From Trypanosoma brucei (taxonomy: Eukaryota), in NCBI GenBank assembly GCA_000002445.1, contig CM000208.1:3456001-3520000 (forward strand): DNA of 64,000 nt. Direction: 5' to 3'. Position 1 is the stretch's first letter, and every line of letters begins with the position of its first letter. Both the position numbers and the translations under genes were made by a program. The notes beneath the pieces are model-generated. The model was not told where the DNA came from and searched no databases. It was given only the letters and a program-made list of their open reading frames with translations. Below, one piece after another: positions 57,113 to 64,000 of the stretch.

Positions 57113-57487
57113 TCATTCACCAAGACGAATATTCAATAACGGAAAACGCAAAGCTGCCGGTTCAAAGTCGTAGTAAACCGTCACCTCATGATGCGGAATA
57201 TCCTCCTCAGAGGTCATTAGTAGTGCCGACGGAGGGGTTAACCCGAACGCCTCACGCAGCGACTGTTTGAAGTTGCGCACGATAAACCCAGGCTCGACAC
57301 GGTTGAGCCACATTCGAAAACCGTCACTTATTGCCCCTCCATGGTGCTCCTTGATTCTCTCCGCCACTCCGTAAAGTTCAAAATTCCAGTCACAGTTAAA
57401 CTGGTCATCAAAGGCGGACACGCCCACCATTCTGTGGTGAACCACAACATTTGTATATTCTCCCCTCGGCACCGTAAGTCCAGTCAT
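57113..57487 (-). CDS. Hypothetical small protein (124 aa from the first ATG)
   Basis: The track start 57508 is TTG; the ATG is at 57487 (MTGLTVPRGEY). The sequence is compositionally normal and lies in the same polycistron. I recognise no domain. Confidence 0.4.
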   Translation of the reverse strand: MTGLTVPRGEYTNVVVHHRMVGVSAFDDQFNCDWNFELYGVAERIKEHHGGAISDGFRMWLNRVEPGFIVRNFKQSLREAFGLTPPSALLMTSEEDIPHHEVTVYYDFEPAALRFPLLNIRLGE

Positions 57488-57770
57488 TCTATGAACGCGA
57501 TCCAACAAGCATACACGTATGGCAGCCAGTCGCTAAAACGCTAGCCTACCTCAATAATACTAACGCTAACAGCAAAAACAATGTTCATACACACCATTAA
57601 ATGAGGGAAAGTTGAGAGAAATTTTTCACTCGGATGCATAGCAGGTTCCACATCTGGCACTACTTATTAGTACACGTATATACGGTACGATACATACAGA
57701 GAGGCACGCATATAAGGCAAGCACAACAAAAGGTGGAGGGTGAAAAGATAATAAAAATCAGACTGCGCCA

Positions 57771-58946
57771 TCATCTGTCTTCAGTTCTCTGCTTGTCATC
57801 AACTGCCCCAAGCAACTTTGACTCCAAAAACGAAAACCGCGCCTCCAACGCGTCAAACCGCCCCGATATCTTTTTGTCCATGTTCTCCAGCATCGTCATG
57901 ATGTTTATCATAGTGGCTGAGATAAGCGGTTGCTCTGGCTCCGTATTCCCCTTCCCGCACGACGTCTGGTAGCTTACACTCGAGCCGGCTATGGGCATGG
58001 CCTCGGAGGAGGAATGCTGCGACAAAGCGGAACGGTCGAGCGGGAGGGGTTCCAGGTATACAACAGGGTCCCAAATAACTCGAACCAAATAGAGTGAATC
58101 CACAGAACTTGTGTACACGCACAGCCGCCACCGCTCATGCCGTCCTCTGTATTGGCACTCGTCAGTACAAAAAAATGTCGCTCGGTGATACGCGCTTCCC
58201 TCGTGAACTAATACCTTTTTGCTGCCGAGGGTAAAGGTCCACTTGTGGCCTAAAAAGGTTTCCTCATTGGGGGTAAATATCTCCGCTCGCGTGACGTATG
58301 TCATGCCGTTCCAGGAAGACGTGGGATGCTGGGCAGATGGACCGATGTAACACTTCTGAAGCTCCACATTGGCCGTCTCGAGACTAGACAGTAGCCCCAA
58401 TATGTCACGCTCGCCAATAAGGGGCGAGTTCCCCCAGTAAGGTGTTTCACAGTCCGTGTTACCCTGCTGGGGGGTAACCACTGTCGGTATCCTGTAGCGC
58501 TTGCCGGAAAAATGCATAACCGAATCATCTCCACTGCAACAAGAAAGATTCGTTTGCGGTCCGCGATCGACGGGCTCGGGACCATACTTCCCAACGAGTA
58601 TTGCCATCAATTGTTCTTCCTTCCCCTTATATGCAGCCAAATATTCCGATATTCTGCTCAGATTCTTTGGGTTGTACTGCTCGTAAAAGCGATGAAGTCG
58701 TTGATAGTACCTCGTGCAAGCGTCCCCATCCACACCAGATTGCTTCTCGTGGGCATAGCCGGAGTTACTCTCCCGCGACTCCCAAGCACTCTCAGTTAAA
58801 TTCGAGTGCATCCCTGATCGCACGCTGCACAGCAGTTGCTGAGGAGGAATATTTGAAGGGGGAGAACCACTTGAAGGAGTTGTGTTGCACTCCCGGTTAT
58901 GCGGCTTCGCACACTCGTCTGTTTCGGGGGGCGACAGGCCCTCCAT
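57771..58946 (-). CDS. Hypothetical protein (391 aa) with a conserved-looking helical motif RYYQRLHRFYEQYNPKNLSRISEYLAAYKGKEEQLMAILVGKYGPEP
   Basis: ATG at 58946. The long ORF has non-biased composition. The domain is not identified. Confidence 0.5.
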   Translation of the reverse strand: MEGLSPPETDECAKPHNRECNTTPSSGSPPSNIPPQQLLCSVRSGMHSNLTESAWESRESNSGYAHEKQSGVDGDACTRYYQRLHRFYEQYNPKNLSRISEYLAAYKGKEEQLMAILVGKYGPEPVDRGPQTNLSCCSGDDSVMHFSGKRYRIPTVVTPQQGNTDCETPYWGNSPLIGERDILGLLSSLETANVELQKCYIGPSAQHPTSSWNGMTYVTRAEIFTPNEETFLGHKWTFTLGSKKVLVHEGSAYHRATFFCTDECQYRGRHERWRLCVYTSSVDSLYLVRVIWDPVVYLEPLPLDRSALSQHSSSEAMPIAGSSVSYQTSCGKGNTEPEQPLISATMINIMTMLENMDKKISGRFDALEARFSFLESKLLGAVDDKQRTEDR

Positions 58947-60511
58947 GGAGGTAAGGTTTTCTTTCCCTCAGGTTTCAAAAGGGTCAGCCTCCCCCTCATG
59001 CACATATTCCAAGTAGCACCCAGTAACCAAAGTAAAAAAAAAAGAAATTAGCGGTACCGGCATGCATGCAAAGGAGATGAACAACCGATGCAAAGCGGCA
59101 GTTCAGATACGACCGTACAAATATGAGGCCAGAGAGTTATGACAACGCACAAATGCACGGGGGCGAAGCATTGGCCACCTTCGCTGCCCCGGTAGAGCCT
59201 CCAAGTGGAAACCAGCATATTATTCGACCCACACAACCCCAATCGAAGAAAAGGAATCAAAAAGAGGGACAACGGGAAATAGAAAACCAGAAGACAAAAT
59301 GCAATTCCAGTATCCGTCAAGGATTTAAAATCCATGAATCGGCGCATAAAGGGCAGCACCTCACCGAGGGAAACGGAAAAAAAAAGTCCATCATGGCATG
59401 GAACTGAGCGATTTTCCAGTTTTTTTTTTATTTTTATTCTGCACAGCGCATGGTGGCTGAGTTCATTGCTGTCACGTTCTTCAAACCGGCCTGAGTCAAT
59501 CCCCCTCCTGAGAAAACAACAGCAGGACCTCTCCAATACCCCACGGCCGCTAAACCGTATACTCCACTTCGTGTTAGACATATTGTTGCTACTAAAACAT
59601 TAGACGCATAACCGCTTGTAGAATCCGCTACCTCACTTGGTGGGCCCGAAAATGTGAAATCATTCCAGTGGCCGTCCCATTGCTCAAACTGCGCTTAACC
59701 TCACACACTCCTCCACCGGGCGAAACCGCGTGGAGAGATACAGATAATCCATTAACATCCGTCATCGGCTTAATCCACCTCGTGAAAGCACTGCGCTGGT
59801 CTGCGTATCGGGCAAAGACTCAACAAAGAAGGTAACTCAATCACCTCCTTCCACCTGCTGCGGCAAAACACAAGCAAGACGCATCAACACTTAAGCAAAT
59901 GAACAGAGAGATGAAAAAAAAATTTTTAAAAAAGAAAGAAGAAACGTGAAGACATATCGAGTTAATAAATTTTTTTTTTTAAAGTCAAACTCATTTATCC
60001 TCAACCGCGCCTCCCCCTCCAGCCCCGCGACTTTCCCCTCGCGAAGTCAACAACCGTTGGGGGGAGAAAGAAAAACGCTGCGGAATTGGCGCAAGTTGCC
60101 AAGGTGCAGAAATGAGAATTAAGGTGGTGAACACATGTTAATTTTACTCGGTAATTATTCCGCGCTTCAAAAAGAAAATAAACCTTCTCGCCTTACTCCC
60201 ATCATCATTCTTAGCCCCCCTCGCATGAAACACCGCTGCAACCCACCGACCCTCCCCCAACTATTCAGATGTTGGAATACGGAGAACTGGTTAGGAGAGG
60301 GAAGATCTCGGTTTTTTTTCTCAATTCCCCACACTCCTGTCATGCGTCTTCACCCTTCTTAGGAATTCTCAAATGCATCCACTCTCTCGTCACTCTTTTT
60401 GTGTCTTATTGCAGGCTCACAATGGCCTCGACGCTTACACCACCAGGCCCCCTGAGTTGCACAATGAGACAAGCCAAGAAGGTACGAAATGCAACAGCCG
60501 AACCACAATTA

Positions 60512-61435
60512 TCAATCGCGGAATACTGAGTCCAATGGGTTCGGTTCCGGCGCGGGATTTAGCGCCTTGTGAATCTTTGATTTCGCTTTAACGGCCTCGT
60601 TCATGTGTACCTTCTCCAGCCGCCGCGTCTTCCTGTCGCGACGCTGCTCCGTGGGGGTCCTGGCCAGCGCATTTTTCCAAATGACGTTCCCCTTGAAGCA
60701 CCCGTTGAATATGGACGTCGGCTCCAACGTAAAACGTGGTCCAATTTCCATCAATGACTTTGGCTCCGTGTCAATTATCTGGTAGTGACGGAACCATATG
60801 TGTCCATCAAGGTAGAAAAAGCACAAAATGTGGTCAACAAACGGCTTAGATCTTGGGTGATACCGTGGGGTATTGAATGTCATTTGGAGAAGCGACTTCA
60901 CGACCCGTAGGTGTGGTTGGGTCTCAAAATCCCTGTCAAAGTGGAGGAGCGGCCTACTATACTTCAAGCAGTTTCCAGCCATGCGTAGTTCATCTGCCGT
61001 GTGAACATTTGTTAATTGCATCTTCACACTGGGACCCCGCGGAGCCTGAGCAATCCAAAGGTAACTGATATCCTGGCGGTGAGCCTCAATAAAGAGTGAA
61101 CTATTGCACTGGTGAAGCTCGCAAAGTTCAATCACACTATCTCCTAGGCCACCAGTACGACCAAGCTTCGGGTGCTCCCGAGCGTGCGGCATTAAATTCC
61201 GAATGTCAAGAAGAAGATGGCGGTCTCGACTAGATATATTACGGGAGCCCAAAACTAGGCACTTCTGCCGGTTTGTCATCCGCTTATCCGTTGTTGCGCG
61301 TTTCAACTGCATTTCGCCGATCATTGACTCCTCCACCACACCCCTTTCCCCATGAACTTCTTGCTTTGTTTCCTGGGTCCCTCCATGTTCCTCACTTGAA
61401 TCGGCGAGCCGCTGACGTTTCTCCCTCTTAACCAT
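60512..61435 (-). CDS. BRX1: Ribosome biogenesis protein BRX1 (Brix domain), 307 aa
   Basis: ATG at 61435. The Brix-domain blocks are KCLVLGSRNISSRDRHLLLDIRNLMPHAREHPKL, LRVVKSLLQMTFNTPRYHPRSKPFVDHILCFFYLDGHIWFRHYQII and GPRFTLEP. Confidence 0.8.
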   Translation of the reverse strand: MVKREKRQRLADSSEEHGGTQETKQEVHGERGVVEESMIGEMQLKRATTDKRMTNRQKCLVLGSRNISSRDRHLLLDIRNLMPHAREHPKLGRTGGLGDSVIELCELHQCNSSLFIEAHRQDISYLWIAQAPRGPSVKMQLTNVHTADELRMAGNCLKYSRPLLHFDRDFETQPHLRVVKSLLQMTFNTPRYHPRSKPFVDHILCFFYLDGHIWFRHYQIIDTEPKSLMEIGPRFTLEPTSIFNGCFKGNVIWKNALARTPTEQRRDRKTRRLEKVHMNEAVKAKSKIHKALNPAPEPNPLDSVFRD

Positions 61436-61788
61436 TGACTACTTCCTTCTTTGCAAACAACCTTTTCCACCGCAACACTTTCACAAGTCAATTTAGAAGA
61501 GATAAGATACAATATGAAAGAGACCTGAAACCTCTTTAAACAAATATGGACACGCATTTGCATTATGTGGGCGCAACCCCTGTGCATCAAAAGCCGATAT
61601 TCATCACCAGTCCTCCCAGAGCAAAAAGTTTTTTATTCCTTTTAAAAAAGGCACTGCGCTCATAACAGTAAGAGGAAGAAAAAGCTGGTCTGAGAAGCAA
61701 AGAACAAACCGAACAGGGTTGTGCAACTATTACGGTAGCAAGCATCACCACCCTCTACGTGCCTCCGTATACACAGGGGACAACATTT

Positions 61789-62760
61789 TCATATGACGTC
61801 AAACTGCATGAGAAAAAAACCTACTAAGGACATAATGAGTAAGATGCAACAAACGTATAAGAAAACACTCATTGGCTTCATTTCCTTAACGAGCTTCTTC
61901 AGGCGTACGTTCAGAGTGTGCAGCTGCTCGGTTTGTTTATTCATGACCTGTTCCGTGTTATCTAAATGCTTATTTTGCATATCAATCTGCCCGCCAATCT
62001 CCAGTGCTAGGGTATGCAACCTAGACACTCCCTTTGAAACTACTTCAAGAGAATTTTGTATTTTCTTGTCCTGGGCCGCAATTGTCTTCATCGCCTCCGC
62101 CGTGTCCTCGTGATCCTCCAAGCGGCCTCCACCCACCGTGTCGTCTTCAAGGTTAGCCCCCGCGTACGGATCAACATGACCACCACCGTCCTTTTTGTCT
62201 CGCCACAATGAGCCAAGTTCGCCACGAAGTTGAGCCCTACGACCGACAAGCAATTCCTGACCCACATTCACCCCGCTCGTTGCAGCAATTCGCTGGTGAT
62301 CAGACTCCTTTACCAGCTCCAGAGTAGCAAGACAATCCTTATATTGTCCAGATTTGGCAGAATGTGCCTTCTCCAACAAAGCAATCTTGTGTGGTTTCGC
62401 TTTCTTCCTTCTGGTTTCCTTTTCAAGGGCAGCACCGGACTTATTCACTTCTTGCTTCATTTCTTCCAGTATAGTTTCAAGGTTTCTTATGTCTTTATGT
62501 ATGGCAAGTGATTGTTCCACAGCTATTCGGTCCTGACCGTGGCGCGCAGCGCCCTCATTGCGTTCCTTAATATTTTCCTTAACTCGCTCGACGCAGCGAA
62601 TGAACGCTAACGTCAAATCACGAAAGGGGTCGCCGGTCGTTTCTATCTCTTTGGGCTCATCCGTACGGCCCGCACGCTCACGCACACGGCGGATCCTCTT
62701 TATTGTCTCCCGCAGCATGGCACGCATGAAGCCATCCCTGTTGGGTAAGTAATTAGGCAT
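61789..62760 (-). CDS. Qc-SNARE (syntaxin 6/8-like t-SNARE) with a C-terminal transmembrane anchor, 323 aa
   Basis: ATG at 62760. The SNARE heptad motif is IQNSLEVVSKGVSRLHTLALEIGGQIDMQNKHLDNTEQVMNKQTEQLHTLNVRLKKL with a central Q. The C-terminal anchor is VFLYVCCILLIMSLVGFFLMQF. Confidence 0.7.
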   Translation of the reverse strand: MPNYLPNRDGFMRAMLRETIKRIRRVRERAGRTDEPKEIETTGDPFRDLTLAFIRCVERVKENIKERNEGAARHGQDRIAVEQSLAIHKDIRNLETILEEMKQEVNKSGAALEKETRRKKAKPHKIALLEKAHSAKSGQYKDCLATLELVKESDHQRIAATSGVNVGQELLVGRRAQLRGELGSLWRDKKDGGGHVDPYAGANLEDDTVGGGRLEDHEDTAEAMKTIAAQDKKIQNSLEVVSKGVSRLHTLALEIGGQIDMQNKHLDNTEQVMNKQTEQLHTLNVRLKKLVKEMKPMSVFLYVCCILLIMSLVGFFLMQFDVI

Positions 62761-63236
62761 TTCCTGCTCTCAATAAACCCCTACACAACCAACTGCAGAA
62801 CAAGAATATATATATATATATATATATAGTTAAAAGCAAAAATGATAAAGCGTTTGCACGGGTGAATGGAGCGGAAATGTACCACACAAAAAACTGCCGA
62901 GCCTCCAACAAGAAAACAGCACACCACCTACACACTTATCGCTGTAACCAATCGACAGATATATTAACACTGTAAACCGCGAGGTGTTGTAAAGAACCTT
63001 TCTTATTAGATATACAGAGAAAAAAAACGGGAACCGCAAAGGGAAAAGAAAGTAAAACGCCCGCGTCGTTCGATTCATTCCTTGGATTGCCCATCACTTT
63101 TCTCTCCTTAAGGTGGAACATTCTTCCCTCACTCCTTTCATTGGCCTTTTTCTCTTTCGTCTCCCCATTCCTTTACTATTTCCCCTCTCCCTTGCTCGTG
63201 CGGACCCGCGCCCCCAGCTCCCATACTGGAAAACGA

Positions 63237-64000
63237 TTACCATACACCCTCACCGTTGCCAAGCTGACGGTTGATGGTTGTAGAATCGCGAAGGGAACGA
63301 AGAGGGTGTTCTCCCAAATCGGGTTGACGCACTCTGTTCATTGTGGGGCCGAAGTTCCGCTGCGGGAGTTGCGAGGGAGGGCCATAAGAATTGTATTGCA
63401 TTCCTTGGTGAAAAGGTCTTGTACTGCTCTCCAGTGGCCGCCAACCCATTGACGACAAGTCGACACCATGGTTAGGCTGCGGATTCCAGTGCGTATTTCG
63501 AGTGATATCCGACACTGCGACCGGATTCGGGAAAATACGAGCTGCAGCCGACGGTTCCGCCCGGTAGAAATGCTGGGACTGCGTGGTGGGCAAACCCAGC
63601 TGTGGTGGTTGTTCACCCGGTTGTCCAGAAAAGGTAAACGTGCATAAATTCTCTGACGCCACAGCTGTCACTCGTGGAGGCAGCACAGTTTGCTCCTCAA
63701 AGATACGGTCAATCTCAAGCACATAATACTTCACTGGAGGTGCCTGTTCCATTTCCTCTTCCTGTGGTTCGATGGGTACGTCCACAACGGGAATCTCTTC
63801 CTGTATAGTAATGTACGGAGGTTCTTCGTTGTTGCTCGGTGGTTCCATAGTTATAGGAACCTCATCCTGAACCTCAGCTGGTGAGTCTACAGCATCCTCC
63901 GTCACCGCAATCGTATCACCTCCATTCAAAAAGGTTACGGGTTCGGGTTCGGGTTCCGACTCCGGCTCCGGGGCCGGTAGAGCAACCACAACTTCGTTCT
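63237..64000 (-). CDS. Hypothetical Pro/Glu-rich protein, partial; the N-terminus lies beyond the right edge of the window
   Basis: The track start 63989 is GTG, and the frame stays open through position 64000 (…NEVVVALPAPEPESEPEP…). The stop is at 63239..63237. Confidence 0.45.
   Translation of the reverse strand, partial: NEVVVALPAPEPESEPEPEPVTFLNGGDTIAVTEDAVDSPAEVQDEVPITMEPPSNNEEPPYITIQEEIPVVDVPIEPQEEEMEQAPPVKYYVLEIDRIFEEQTVLPPRVTAVASENLCTFTFSGQPGEQPPQLGLPTTQSQHFYRAEPSAAARIFPNPVAVSDITRNTHWNPQPNHGVDLSSMGWRPLESSTRPFHQGMQYNSYGPPSQLPQRNFGPTMNRVRQPDLGEHPLRSLRDSTTINRQLGNGEGVW

Noticed and set aside
59048-59581. A 177-aa minus-strand ORF in the spacer between the BRX1 gene and the 57771..58946 gene
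   Set aside because: The composition and sequence look like UTR or spacer: C-rich runs, no domain, and many rare motifs. It is more likely part of the 3'UTR/processing region of BRX1.

Overview
The window reads as a kinetoplastid nuclear chromosome segment. The closest fit is an African trypanosome of the Trypanosoma brucei group, based on gene content, RGG-rich ribosomal/helicase tails, no introns and AT-rich microsatellite intergenic regions. About 25 genes all lie on the minus strand with no strand switch, consistent with one polycistronic transcription unit. Recognisable genes are IFT140, RHD3/Sey1, proteasome lid subunit Rpn8, a DDX3/Ded1-type DEAD-box helicase, RPL17, RPS2, fibrillarin, an Rtf2-domain protein, BRX1 and a Qc-SNARE. 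There are also two LRR proteins, a kinesin-like protein with C-terminal MORN repeats, a TPR protein, a J-like protein and several hypothetical proteins. The 5' LRR gene runs off the left edge and was missed by the ORF track because it has no in-window stop. Several ORF-track starts are non-ATG, and I moved those to the first in-frame ATG. The main unexplained structure is an ~11 kb gene-free tract (26.5-37.5 kb) between Rpn8 and the helicase. It consists of microsatellites and alternating purine/pyrimidine blocks and contains one perfect 22-bp hairpin. Other points worth a second look are a fibrillarin whose N-terminal GAR domain is cut by an in-frame stop, an orphan 51-codon J-domain fragment next to a J-like gene with a degenerate HPD motif, a local trio of apparently paralogous Cys/His-cluster proteins with permuted motif order, and a kinesin-like protein with a degenerate switch II fused to MORN repeats. 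No rRNA, tRNA, CRISPR or transposon is supportable from the sequence alone.
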